Assembly (NCBI GenBank): GCA_938010655.1
Contig: CALLVA010000070.1
Span: 1 to 45,839, forward strand
Direction: 5' to 3'
DNA: 45,839 nucleotides
From: an uncultured Parvularculaceae bacterium
GTDB lineage: Bacteria; Pseudomonadota; Alphaproteobacteria; Caulobacterales; Parvularculaceae
Under the pieces are notes generated by a model. It made no database searches and was not told the origin of the DNA. It saw nothing but the letters and a program-made list of their open reading frames with translations. This document shows, piece after piece, positions 20,144-30,011 of this stretch. Position numbers and translations under genes: made by a program. Each line of letters starts with the position of its first letter. Position 1 is the stretch's first letter.

Positions 20144-21904
20144 ATGAATTATGATTACCTTGTTATTGCAGGATATTTTTGTCTGATCTTGGGGATCGGT
20201 TTTACCTTCAAAAAATTGGCTGCCAAATCTACCAGTGATTATTTTAGAGGCGGCGGCAGAATGTTATGGTGGATGGTTGGGTCAACCGCTTTCATGATGC
20301 AATTCTCCGCTTGGACCTTTACAGGTGCAGCGGGCAAAGCCTTTACTGATGGCTTCGCCGTATGCCTCGTCTTTTTTGCAAATACATTTTCTTATTTTTG
20401 CGGTTGGGCTTTCTTCGCCCATCGCTTCCGGCAAATGCGTGTAGACACCCCGACAGAAGCCATCCGGCGGCGCTTTGGCCCGCAAAATGAGCTGTTTTTT
20501 TCTTGCGCTCTGATTATTTTTAGCCTGATTAATGCAGGTATTTGGTTGAATGCGCTTGGCGTTTTTTCAAGCGCCGTTTTTGAAGCAGATATAAACCTCA
20601 CCATTATTATTATTGGCCTTGCCGTGTTGTTTATTTCAGTGCTCGCGGGGGCTTGGGGCGTTGTGGCTTCAGATTTTGTGCAAACGCTTGTGGTTGCGAC
20701 TGTCTCTGTGGCTTGCGCTATTGTCGCGCTGGTGAAGGTTGGTGGGCCGGTCGAACTGGTCACGAATTTCCCGACTGACTTTGTTATGGGACCAGATATG
20801 AATTATGGTCTTCTTTTGGTGGGCACATTTGTTTTCTTTTTGGCAAAACAGTTGATCACCATCATGAACCTCCACGATTCATTCAGGTTTTTGAATGCCA
20901 AAGATTCCGTCAATGCCCGAAAGGCAGCCTTGTTTGCAATGGCGTTAATGGGCGTTGGTAGTTTAATCTGGTTTATTCCCCCATGGGCATCGGCCATTTT
21001 ATACCCGGATGCGGCAGCAGCATATCCTGAGCTTGGCAATAAGGCAGCTGATGCTGTTTACTTAGTCTTTGCGCGCAATGCCATGCCCGTTGGTACCGTC
21101 GGTTTATTATTAGCCGGTTTATTTGCGGCCTCTATGTCTTCTATGGATTCCGCTTTGAATAAAAATTCTGGTATTTTTGTCCGTAGTATTTATCAACCCT
21201 TCTTGGCCAAACGGAACAAAGAGGTTAGCGATGTTCACTTACTTACTTTAGGCAAAGTTTTGAGCTTCTTTAGCGGTATCGTGGTTATCATCATGGCGCT
21301 TTATTTCAAATCTCTCAAAGAACTTAGCCTGTTTGACTTAATGATGTCGCTCTCTGCTATGATCCAGGTACCGATTTTGGTGCCCCTAATCCTTGGGGTT
21401 ATCGTCAAAAAAACACCGACTTGGGCTCCATGGGTTACCGTTTTGCTCGGTCTCTTTGTCTCTTGGTTTATGAGCAATGTGCTCACATCAGCCGTCGTCG
21501 CAGACTGGATGGGGTTAGAGCCTTTCACCAGCCGCGAAGCACAAGATATGACCCTCATCCTAACCATCAGTGCACAAGTTTTTATCACCGGTGGCTTTTT
21601 CTGTTTAACTTCTCTTCTTTATCGAGAAAAATCTGATCCTAATTTGCAAAGTAGACAAAGCTTCTTCAAGGATTTGGCAACGCCCGTTGTCGCAGGCTTG
21701 GAGCAAGATGATTATGACCGCCAACAAAGACAAAAATTAGGGAATATGATCATCTGTATGGGAACTGGAATATTCTTTATGGCTTTAATTCCAAATCCAA
21801 TTTGGGGACGTCTCATGTTTGTTCTTTGCGCTTTATCTATACTCACAATTGGAACTTTTTTAAGGATCAGCGCGAAGGCGCAATCCAACAATGCCGATGC
21901 GTAA
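20144..21904 (+). CDS. sodium:solute symporter (SSS) family transporter
   Basis: 586 aa with about 13 TM segments and the motif YFRGGGRMLWWMVGSTAFMMQFSAWTFTGAAG. Confidence 0.8.
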   Translation: MNYDYLVIAGYFCLILGIGFTFKKLAAKSTSDYFRGGGRMLWWMVGSTAFMMQFSAWTFTGAAGKAFTDGFAVCLVFFANTFSYFCGWAFFAHRFRQMRVDTPTEAIRRRFGPQNELFFSCALIIFSLINAGIWLNALGVFSSAVFEADINLTIIIIGLAVLFISVLAGAWGVVASDFVQTLVVATVSVACAIVALVKVGGPVELVTNFPTDFVMGPDMNYGLLLVGTFVFFLAKQLITIMNLHDSFRFLNAKDSVNARKAALFAMALMGVGSLIWFIPPWASAILYPDAAAAYPELGNKAADAVYLVFARNAMPVGTVGLLLAGLFAASMSSMDSALNKNSGIFVRSIYQPFLAKRNKEVSDVHLLTLGKVLSFFSGIVVIIMALYFKSLKELSLFDLMMSLSAMIQVPILVPLILGVIVKKTPTWAPWVTVLLGLFVSWFMSNVLTSAVVADWMGLEPFTSREAQDMTLILTISAQVFITGGFFCLTSLLYREKSDPNLQSRQSFFKDLATPVVAGLEQDDYDRQQRQKLGNMIICMGTGIFFMALIPNPIWGRLMFVLCALSILTIGTFLRISAKAQSNNADA

Positions 21905-21919
21905 TCTGAGAGAATAATT

Positions 21920-22753
21920 ATGATATCCATAGTCAAAACATGTTTTGCTCTTTGCATAATCTGGCTGGTCATGGGCTGCGCCTCTGAGACAGAGCCCCAA
22001 AAGGTTTCTTTAAGCCACGGGATAGACGCTTCGGCCGGCGGGGATGCGGCTTATATTATTACCATTCAAAATGCGACCTTTTATCTAGAGAAATCTGGAG
22101 GCGGTTTGTCCAGCATGATAGATGTTGATGGTGTCGATTGGCTTGGGTTTCATAAAGAAAAAGTCAGTGGCCATAAAGGGGAATATCGCGGGTTTCCAAA
22201 TGCTGTTCATAAACAAGATGGCAATTACTTCCATGCCATGAATGCGGGTACGGACCCCTCAACCTCTATTGTTGAAATTAATACAAAAGATCATATTCGC
22301 ATTGTCTTCACCTCTGAAAATGAAAAATGGGAAGGGCAATATGATTTTTACCCTGATCGTCTTGACTTTACGATGAGCAAGGTGAGTCCTGGGTATAAAT
22401 ATTGGGTGCAATATGAAGGCGTGCCCGGCGGGAATATGGACGATACAGATTTTCGATATTCCTCGGCTGATGACATAGCTCACCCGATCAATGACTCATT
22501 TATAGGTGATCTGCCTTCCCCAGAATGGATGGCGTTTGGTGATCCAAATTCGCCTCGAATGCTATTTGTGCTGCATCATGAAGACGACTCCCATCCAGAT
22601 GATTATGTGAGTCGACCTGATATGACCGTTCTTGGTTTTGGTCGTCGCAATAAGGATAAATTTTTAACAACGCCTCAATCTTTTTCTATCGGCTTTGTAG
22701 AAAGTGTGGAGTATCTTTCAGTCAAACAAGCGATTGAAGGTGTTGCGTCCTAA
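21920..22753 (+). CDS. lipoprotein of unknown function inside the sugar-acid cluster
   Basis: 277 aa with the lipobox LVMGC/A. No recognisable catalytic motifs. Confidence 0.6.
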   Translation: MISIVKTCFALCIIWLVMGCASETEPQKVSLSHGIDASAGGDAAYIITIQNATFYLEKSGGGLSSMIDVDGVDWLGFHKEKVSGHKGEYRGFPNAVHKQDGNYFHAMNAGTDPSTSIVEINTKDHIRIVFTSENEKWEGQYDFYPDRLDFTMSKVSPGYKYWVQYEGVPGGNMDDTDFRYSSADDIAHPINDSFIGDLPSPEWMAFGDPNSPRMLFVLHHEDDSHPDDYVSRPDMTVLGFGRRNKDKFLTTPQSFSIGFVESVEYLSVKQAIEGVAS

Positions 22754-22772
22754 GCCGGGTTTTTGAGCCTGC

Positions 22773-23957
22773 CTAACCGACAGAGATCACATCCCAACAT
22801 GCCCCCATTGTGTGATAATCTGTTTTGCCCAATGGAGATTTCTTATTATCAATGACCGAACCATCGCGGTTGCGCACGCGGAACCACGCGCCATATTGAT
22901 GATCCACTAAATATTGCCAGCTCCAATGCCAAATTCGGCGATAGTCTTGGAGATATTTTTTATCATTCGTTGTACGATATAAACGCCACGCCGCGGCGAA
23001 GCTTTCTGCCTGTACCCAAAAATATTTTTCACTCGCGCAATAAGTCCCATCAGGCGCAACACCATAGACAATGCCGCCATGCTCTTCATCCCAACCGGAT
23101 TTCATCGCGAGATCATAAAGCGATTGCGCTTTTTCCACCCATTTTTGATCTGGCCGTTCTCCGTTCAATATAAGTAAGAGTTTGCTCCATTCAGTTTGAT
23201 GCCCCGGTTGAAACCCCCAAGGCTTATACCGATCATTTGGCGCGTCGATATTATAAGCCATATCCACTTGCCAATCGATGTCATAATGTTCCCAAATTTG
23301 CCCGTCAGTTTGTGACGCAAGCTCAAAGGCAAAGCGGTGAGCGAGGCGCTCTGCTCGGTCTAAAAACTTTATATCCCCTGTCGCCTGCCATGCCGCCAGC
23401 AAAGCTTCGCACATATGCATATTGGCATTCTGCCCGCGATATGACGATAATTTTTCAAGCGTATTATCCCGCTCATCAGCATAAGCCCCCGCTGCATCAT
23501 CCCAAAAATAAGTCTCCATAAAGTCATATACTTCATGAAGCGTTTCCAAAGCAGAGCTAATCCCGGCACGGACAGAACTTGCGGCCGCTAGCAACACAAA
23601 GGCATGGCCATAAGCCATCACGCGGCTATCCGTAATCGTCTTTTTTTCTAACAGCCAAGCATAATGGCCATTTGGCTGCTTGTGGACGTCTGTCAAAAAC
23701 GACATGCCCCATTTGGCCCATTTCAAATGTTCGGCCTTGCCATAAAGTCGATACGCAGTTGCATAATTCACAACATAGCGGGCTGACCCGACAAGCTGTC
23801 GCGCATCAGGGTCAAAACATTCGCCATTATCGAGAAAGCAGCTATAAAAACCACCTTCGGGAGAGAAGACTCTTGATTCATAAAAGTTCAGCGTTGATTG
23901 AATATGCCGCTCAAGAAAATCTACGCTTTCAAAAACAGGATTATTTTCTTCTGTCAT
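22773..23957 (-). CDS. AGE-family (N-acylglucosamine 2-epimerase / aldose-ketose isomerase) protein
   Basis: 394 aa. The (alpha/alpha)6-type repeats with Trp- and His-rich motifs (GGFYSCFLDNG, GHAFVLLAAA, NANMHMCEALLAAW, PGHQTEW, DYHTMGAC) are typical of the AGE/YihS family. Confidence 0.75.
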   Translation of the reverse strand: MTEENNPVFESVDFLERHIQSTLNFYESRVFSPEGGFYSCFLDNGECFDPDARQLVGSARYVVNYATAYRLYGKAEHLKWAKWGMSFLTDVHKQPNGHYAWLLEKKTITDSRVMAYGHAFVLLAAASSVRAGISSALETLHEVYDFMETYFWDDAAGAYADERDNTLEKLSSYRGQNANMHMCEALLAAWQATGDIKFLDRAERLAHRFAFELASQTDGQIWEHYDIDWQVDMAYNIDAPNDRYKPWGFQPGHQTEWSKLLLILNGERPDQKWVEKAQSLYDLAMKSGWDEEHGGIVYGVAPDGTYCASEKYFWVQAESFAAAWRLYRTTNDKKYLQDYRRIWHWSWQYLVDHQYGAWFRVRNRDGSVIDNKKSPLGKTDYHTMGACWDVISVG

Positions 23958-23959
23958 AT

Positions 23960-25249
23960 CTAGCCAGCGATCAATCGATACACACCTTGGATGCCAATAA
24001 AGGATGTGAATAGCGAGAACAATAAAATAGCCAAAAGAATGACATTGGCGACAATCGTATTTTTATGCTCGCCCATCAAATCTTTTCTATTGCTGAGATA
24101 GAATATGCACACCACCGTCATAGGCAGAATAATCGCGTTGAATGCTTGAGAAACGATCATTACCAAAACAGGCCTTGCTCCAAACAAAGGCACCACCAAG
24201 CCGAGCAAAGAAATCAGGAACACCATGATCCGATATTTTGGGAGCGTCATATCACGCTCCGCCTCCGTATAATCGGTGATCAACCAAGGCAGCATCAGCA
24301 CATTTGGAAACTGGGAGGAAACGCCAGCAGCGATGATTCCAATCGCGAAAATAGACGCCGCCAGAGCACCCGCGAGCGGCTCTAACAATTCGATCATCTG
24401 CGATGCCCGAGATAACCCAATGCCCTCAACATGCAATGTGCCAGCGGCAGCAGCCATAATGGCCGCACTGATGACAAACATCATGATCACTGCGACCATT
24501 GCATCATTTCGCTGTGTCCGAGCGTCCTTCAACGTCCACCCTGCTTCTTTGACAAGTGTCGTGCGAATAATAAACAAACCCGAAAAAACAGTGGTCCCGA
24601 CCATAGAGGCAATAACGAGCAACGGGCCACTGCTAGAATTAAGAGCAGCTTGCGGCACAGTGGGGATTAAGCCTTTGATGATTTCCACAGGCGGCGGCAT
24701 CATAATAAAGAAATTGATTAAGAAACAAGCAGACATGATCGCAACAATTACGGCGAGACTACGTTCAAAAAATTGCGTTTTACCATTCCAGAAAATAAAA
24801 AATACCAACGCTGAAAAAACAGCAGCGAAATATATGGGAGCGATGCCGCCGTCCACCATTGCCTTAGACCATTCATAGGATATATCGGCGACAATCCCCA
24901 TCACGCCCATCACGCTACCGCAAACCCCAAGCGTTAAGGCTGCAATAAAATATATCCCAACTGCTGGGTGGATATGTTTTCGAAACGCTTGAAGAGCAGT
25001 CTCCCCCGTCACAAGCGTATATCGCCCATAGAGGTTAATCATAAAGAACGTACAAAGACACGAAGCGACAATAGTCCATAATAAAGACATGCCATATTCT
25101 GCCCCTGCTTTGGCCATCGCAGTTACGCTGCCTGTGCCCAAATTGAACCCAAGCAGGAAAATGCCCGGCAAAAACAAAGCAAGACCTTTAGCAAATTTTG
25201 CCCCAAGCGTTTTTGGCGGAGCCGCCTTTATTTGTGATTTATCTGTCAT
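23960..25249 (-). CDS. Nramp-family (MntH-like) transporter
   Basis: 429 aa with 11 TM segments. The N-terminal motif region reads FLPGIFLLGFNLGTGSVTAMAKAGAEYGMSLLW. The canonical DPGN motif is altered, so the substrate is uncertain. Confidence 0.7.
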   Translation of the reverse strand: MTDKSQIKAAPPKTLGAKFAKGLALFLPGIFLLGFNLGTGSVTAMAKAGAEYGMSLLWTIVASCLCTFFMINLYGRYTLVTGETALQAFRKHIHPAVGIYFIAALTLGVCGSVMGVMGIVADISYEWSKAMVDGGIAPIYFAAVFSALVFFIFWNGKTQFFERSLAVIVAIMSACFLINFFIMMPPPVEIIKGLIPTVPQAALNSSSGPLLVIASMVGTTVFSGLFIIRTTLVKEAGWTLKDARTQRNDAMVAVIMMFVISAAIMAAAAGTLHVEGIGLSRASQMIELLEPLAGALAASIFAIGIIAAGVSSQFPNVLMLPWLITDYTEAERDMTLPKYRIMVFLISLLGLVVPLFGARPVLVMIVSQAFNAIILPMTVVCIFYLSNRKDLMGEHKNTIVANVILLAILLFSLFTSFIGIQGVYRLIAG

Positions 25250-25350
25250 GAGACATGCCTTTCATAACGTGTCGGGGTTGTTTGAAATTTAGTCTCTATA
25301 ATCATGCCAAAACGTTCCCATATTTTTGAAAAGTTTATAGCGAAGCTCTC

Positions 25351-25378
25351 GCCCTGTCTATCAGGTAATAGTCAGGGC
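25351..25378 (-). terminator. possible terminator hairpin after the ECF sigma gene
   Basis: An 11-bp stem with one mismatch (GCCCTGTCTAT / ATAGTCAGGGC) and a 6-nt loop, 36 nt past the stop. No clear T tract follows. Confidence 0.3.
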
Positions 25379-25413
25379 AAAGGCAGTCTCATTATATATC
25401 GTTGTAAAAAATC

Positions 25414-25995
25414 TTAGTCTGAGAGTTGAGCCGTGATTTTTTGCTCTTCTAGCGCATCCAATAACCACGCCCTTGCGACGCGCCAATCTCTTTTTACGGT
25501 TGATACAGAGCAACCTAAAACACATGCAATCTCTTCCATGGACATTCCGCCATAATATCGCATTTCCACAATGTCACGCCACGACGTATTCATCACTTTT
25601 AAGCGCAACAAAGCACTCTCCAAATGGTGGATATCGACATTACCTTGCGCCCCGACAAGGTGCGTTTGCATCGTCACTTTTTGATGATGTCGTTTATTGG
25701 CGTTTGTCTTTCGCGCGTGATCAATCAATACACGGCGCATTGTTCTGGCTGAGAGCGCAAGAAAATGTGCCTTGTCTGAAATATCAATTGTTGTTGCACT
25801 GACGACCCGCATTACAGCCTCATTCACGAGGTCTCCAGTTGTTAAAGAAATATCGCCTTCGCCGCGAAGCAAATTCGCAGAAATTTTTCGCAATTGCACA
25901 TATAACAATTCAAATAGCTGGTCCCGCGCCGAAACATTGCCTTCGCGCCATTCCTGCAATAGCAATTCTGCTGAAATATCATCTAGTTCTGTCAT
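25414..25995 (-). CDS. ECF-type RNA polymerase sigma factor, TIGR02999/ECF43-like (kinase-associated class)
   Basis: 193 aa. It reads LLQEWREGNVSARDQLFELLYVQLRKIS, LVNEAVMRV, DKAHFLALSARTMRRVLIDHAR and VEMRYYGGMSMEEIACVLGCSVSTVKRDWRVARAWL. It is divergent from a Ser/Thr kinase and has no adjacent anti-sigma factor. Confidence 0.85.
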   Translation of the reverse strand: MTELDDISAELLLQEWREGNVSARDQLFELLYVQLRKISANLLRGEGDISLTTGDLVNEAVMRVVSATTIDISDKAHFLALSARTMRRVLIDHARKTNANKRHHQKVTMQTHLVGAQGNVDIHHLESALLRLKVMNTSWRDIVEMRYYGGMSMEEIACVLGCSVSTVKRDWRVARAWLLDALEEQKITAQLSD

Positions 25996-26113
25996 GCATT
26001 CACCCCTTATCCAGATGGTGCCTCAAAAGAAGAAGCGATGCAATATTGTTATCTCTCGACAAATGTGACCCGATCCGGCAAAATTTTACGCTTATACAAG
26101 TATCGCGTATCAC

Positions 26114-26131
26114 ATGTCGTTTTTACGACAT
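26114..26131. promoter_or_regulatory. perfect inverted repeat ATGTCGT-TTTT-ACGACAT in the sigma/kinase divergent region
   Basis: The repeat lies about 22 nt upstream of the kinase TTG start, just before the SD GGGGAGG. It could be an operator or a 5'-UTR hairpin. Confidence 0.3.
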
Positions 26132-26152
26132 TTATAATTCGGGGAGGCGAAC

Positions 26153-28711
26153 TTGGTAGCATCATCAGACGATTTAGCCGTGAAGGCCTTGAAATTATTT
26201 GAACAATCCCTGGACCATCCGTCAACGGAGCGCGAAATATGGATTCGTCAAAATACAGAGAATAATGAAGCCTTGCGCGCAAAAGCGCTGAGTTATTTAG
26301 CCAGAGACGCCGAAGCCGATCAACAATTGCGCACGGGTGGTGCCTTTCACGATACGATTGATGATACTGTTTTACCTGAGAAAATTGGGGCTTACACCAT
26401 TACAGGGTTGATCGGCAAAGGCGGCATGGGCGCCGTCTATCGCGGCGAGCGAGATCAACAAGACTTTGACCACGAAGTCGCCATAAAAGTGATCCGCCTC
26501 GGCGTCATGTCAGAAAAGTTGATTGCGCGTTTTGAAGAGGAAAGACGAACCCTTGCCAGCCTTTCTCACCCTAATATTGCACGGCTATATGATGGCGGGA
26601 CCCTCTCCAACCATACGCCCTATTTTGTCATGGAATATATTGACGGTTTGCCCATTAGCGAGTGGGCAGACAAAAATGCGTTGTCCTTAGATCAACGTTT
26701 GGCCCTTTTTCAATCAACCTGTGAAGCTGTTAGTTACGCACATCAACGTTTGATTGTTCATAGAGATATTACACCGTCTAATGTTTTAGTAGACGGTAAT
26801 GGAATCGTGAAACTTATCGATTTTGGAATCGCTCGTGATTTTGGGGAGGATCACGAGGCTGGTGACACAGGTCATTCACTTGCCAGTTTAAGTTTCACGC
26901 CCGGCTATTCAGCGCCAGAGCGCCAATCTGGCGTTGGGGCGAGCACCTTGTCTGATATTTATTCCCTCGGTAAATTACTGGCCCATTTGGTTGCGCAAAA
27001 TAATATATCGGATGAACTTCAAGCAATCATTGCAAAAGCGACAAACCCTACCCCGCAAGATCGATATCAAACCGTCAATATGTTGATGAGCGATATTGCC
27101 TATAGTCAAAAAGGCTTTCCCGTCTCCGCCTTGCCAGTTTCATCTTTACAGCGTTTTGGCAAATTCATGTCACGTCATAAAGTTGGAACCGGTTTAGCTT
27201 TTATAGCGCTAACAGGATTAGTCTCGGCTTTTATATTGACAACCATTCAATACCAACGAGCAGAAGCCGCGCGCATTGAGGCTACACAACGCTTTTCCGA
27301 AACCCGTGAACTTACTGGGTTTTTGCTCAACGATCTCGGCGACGATCTTAATGCCTTGCCTGGCACATTACCGATCTATCGCAAAGTAACAGAAGTTTCT
27401 TCGGAATATTTAAGCATCCTTGCCGCCGCAGCTGAGGCCGATCCTGAACTTGAGCTGGATTATGCAAAAGGGGCGATGCAGCTTGCACGACTTTTAACCC
27501 AAAGTGGCGGACCAAACTTAGGCGAGCCGGAAGAAGGCATTCGGAATTTAGATATAAGTATCGAAATTTTGACGCGCCTTGCCGCAGCAGAGGGCGCTTC
27601 AATTGAGGTAAGAAAACTTCTTGCCGATGCGGTGATAGACCGCGCCTATCTGGATCGCTTTTATTTTGATGACTTTGACAAATTAGAACAGGCAATTGCA
27701 ATTGCCAAACCGATCTATGACAATATCTTATTGGAAGATAGTGAAAATAAACAAGTCCGTACGGCTTTATTGGATATTCGCTTTGAACAATGGATGGCCT
27801 CTCTCAAAAACCGTCCGGCGACGCTTGATGCAGAATTACTGCAATTAAAAACAGATTTAGAAGCTGCTTTTTCGGATGATTTGGCAAATGATGATTTCAT
27901 CATCAGCTATGGCTCATTCCTTTATATCGCTGCCTCTAAAGTGAGTGCTCAATGGGAAGAAAAGGGAAACTTTGTTCCTTTATCAGAGAGCAAAGATTAT
28001 GAAACATTGCTCGCTTGGGCAGCAGAAGGCTTTGCTATTGTTAAAGATAAATATAAAGCCAACCCTTCCAACCCAGAAGATATGTACACTTATTTCTGGG
28101 CACTTGAGTCCTATGTTGCGATCAGCACGATGAAACTTGAATGGCGGTTGACACCTGAAGAGATTGCCGCCCAAATCGTTACACGCCCTTGGCAAAGCCG
28201 GGAAAAATCAATCCAGCGTATTCTGGAAAAAGATAAAGAAACAGCCAAAGGCTTGGCATTAGCAAATGAGCTGAAAGAACATTTAGCCGTCTCAGATATA
28301 TTGCTTGAAAGACTTGAGCCGTTTGACGCTGGAACTTATTCCCACAGCCAAGCTATCTATTCGACTTACAAAAATCGCGCTTTGATCAATGGGCGTTTAC
28401 TCTATGTTTTTGATGAAGCAGAAGAAAACTTACGTATCGCGACAACTATGCCTGACCAATATCTCGAATTTGATCCTGAGAATGAACGCGTGCGACTTGA
28501 AAGTATTTTTCTTCGTACGGCGCTTATAGATTTATTAAAAGAAAAAGAAATTCTTTTTGAGACTGATCATAAAGATGAAATCTGTCAAATCTTGGTTGAA
28601 GCTGGTCTCTATGCAGAAAATGGGACATTTGAGGATACAAAGCCAGAAACAGTTGCGAGATATTTGTCCAGAATTGTTGTGCTGCAGGAAGAAAATGAAT
28701 GCGGCGCATAA
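26153..28711 (+). CDS. Ser/Thr protein kinase with one TM helix and a ~480-aa C-terminal helical-repeat (TPR-like) domain
   Basis: 852 aa with a TTG start 5 nt after the SD GGGGAGG. The kinase motifs are GKGGMGAVY, AIKVI, HRDITPSNVLV, DFGIA and TPGYSAPE. The TM helix is GLAFIALTGLVSAFILTTI. The N-terminal helix ALKLFEQSLDH...EALRAKALSYL is typical of ECF43-partner kinases. Confidence 0.88.
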   Translation: MVASSDDLAVKALKLFEQSLDHPSTEREIWIRQNTENNEALRAKALSYLARDAEADQQLRTGGAFHDTIDDTVLPEKIGAYTITGLIGKGGMGAVYRGERDQQDFDHEVAIKVIRLGVMSEKLIARFEEERRTLASLSHPNIARLYDGGTLSNHTPYFVMEYIDGLPISEWADKNALSLDQRLALFQSTCEAVSYAHQRLIVHRDITPSNVLVDGNGIVKLIDFGIARDFGEDHEAGDTGHSLASLSFTPGYSAPERQSGVGASTLSDIYSLGKLLAHLVAQNNISDELQAIIAKATNPTPQDRYQTVNMLMSDIAYSQKGFPVSALPVSSLQRFGKFMSRHKVGTGLAFIALTGLVSAFILTTIQYQRAEAARIEATQRFSETRELTGFLLNDLGDDLNALPGTLPIYRKVTEVSSEYLSILAAAAEADPELELDYAKGAMQLARLLTQSGGPNLGEPEEGIRNLDISIEILTRLAAAEGASIEVRKLLADAVIDRAYLDRFYFDDFDKLEQAIAIAKPIYDNILLEDSENKQVRTALLDIRFEQWMASLKNRPATLDAELLQLKTDLEAAFSDDLANDDFIISYGSFLYIAASKVSAQWEEKGNFVPLSESKDYETLLAWAAEGFAIVKDKYKANPSNPEDMYTYFWALESYVAISTMKLEWRLTPEEIAAQIVTRPWQSREKSIQRILEKDKETAKGLALANELKEHLAVSDILLERLEPFDAGTYSHSQAIYSTYKNRALINGRLLYVFDEAEENLRIATTMPDQYLEFDPENERVRLESIFLRTALIDLLKEKEILFETDHKDEICQILVEAGLYAENGTFEDTKPETVARYLSRIVVLQEENECGA

Positions 28712-28778
28712 AAGTTTGACCCCTTTTTGAGGTTTTTCACGCAGTTACAAATAAGCCTCTCGTTTAAAGGATACATCC

Positions 28779-29195
28779 ATGAGCCGTTTTTTTGTTCCCT
28801 TCCCTATGCTCCTGATCTCTGTGATCATTTATAACATCATCGCGATCACGAATGACTCTGCCATCACCGCCTTAGATGCTACCCTTATTCAACTGCCCAT
28901 GGTTTCTGGCGGGAAATGGATTTTCCGTGTTGGAGATGCGCTATTATTTTTCTCGCTCATCATGCTATCTATTGAAATTATCAAATCCACAAAATCAAGT
29001 TCAGCTGCTTTGTTCAATCATGGGTTATCCATGTTGCTCTTGGTTGTTTGTTTGATTCAATTTCTGCTATTTCAGAATTTTGCTACATCAGTTTATTTTC
29101 TGATTATGAGTATGATTTTGCTAGATGTCCTTGGCGGCGTTGTTGTCACCACAGTCTCGGCCCGCCGTGATCTTGGTGTTGGGGGCACTCTTTAG
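28779..29195 (+). CDS. small 4-TM membrane protein, unknown function
   Basis: 138 aa with four hydrophobic helices and the SD AAGGA. Confidence 0.6.
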   Translation: MSRFFVPFPMLLISVIIYNIIAITNDSAITALDATLIQLPMVSGGKWIFRVGDALLFFSLIMLSIEIIKSTKSSSAALFNHGLSMLLLVVCLIQFLLFQNFATSVYFLIMSMILLDVLGGVVVTTVSARRDLGVGGTL

Positions 29196-29207
29196 AAAGG
29201 TCTCCCC

Positions 29208-29933
29208 ATGAGACAGTCCCCTTCTTCCGAAGACTTACCAATCTTCTATGCAATAGGTGATGTTCATGGAGAGGCGCGGCGTTTGCAACGCCTTCATGGC
29301 CATATTTTCAAACGACACAAAGAAAAATTTGGCCGTAGAAAGCTCATTCTCATTCATCTCGGTGATTATGTTGACCGGGGGCCAGATAGCTGCGGCGTGA
29401 TTGAAACAATCATCGCTCTTGAAAAAGAGTGTGATCATCAAATTATTTCCCTTAAAGGAAATCACGAACAACTGTTGCTTGATGCTTTAACGGAAACATC
29501 ATCTGATGCATTTGATAGTTGGGTGAAAAATGGCGGCGATGAAACGCTTAAAAGCTATCGCCACCATGGGCACGAAACAATCCCGGATCGACACCTTTCA
29601 TGGCTCAAAGCACTTCCGACAATTTACACAGCGCCGAATAGTCATCTGATCTTTGTCCATGCTGGCATTAATGTAGACACCTACCCCCTTTGCGAAGAAA
29701 GGCATCATTTATGGACGAGGTCCAGTCGGTTTTTTGAAACTGATTCCTGGTCAAATCCAGAGCTTGCCCACAAATGCATTATTCACGGACACACGCCCAC
29801 AGAGGGATTTTTCCCCGATGTGAAAGGTTATCCTCATAAAAGGGTGAATATCGATACTGGCGCAGTCTATGGCGGTCGTTTAACCGCGGCAATCTTTGCG
29901 CCTGATGCGCCTGTAGAGTTTTTCTATGCCTAA
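29208..29933 (+). CDS. PPP-family metallophosphoesterase (Ser/Thr protein phosphatase, PrpA/lambda-phosphatase-like)
   Basis: 241 aa with GDVHGE, GDYVDRGPDS, GNHE, VHAG and HGHT. Confidence 0.85.
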   Translation: MRQSPSSEDLPIFYAIGDVHGEARRLQRLHGHIFKRHKEKFGRRKLILIHLGDYVDRGPDSCGVIETIIALEKECDHQIISLKGNHEQLLLDALTETSSDAFDSWVKNGGDETLKSYRHHGHETIPDRHLSWLKALPTIYTAPNSHLIFVHAGINVDTYPLCEERHHLWTRSSRFFETDSWSNPELAHKCIIHGHTPTEGFFPDVKGYPHKRVNIDTGAVYGGRLTAAIFAPDAPVEFFYA

Positions 29934-30011
29934 AAAATATTTATTTTTTTGTGACCCGTTTTCCGTCTTTCCATCGCTGTTACCCATGAGAGGCAACAAA
30001 AGGACGAAGAA

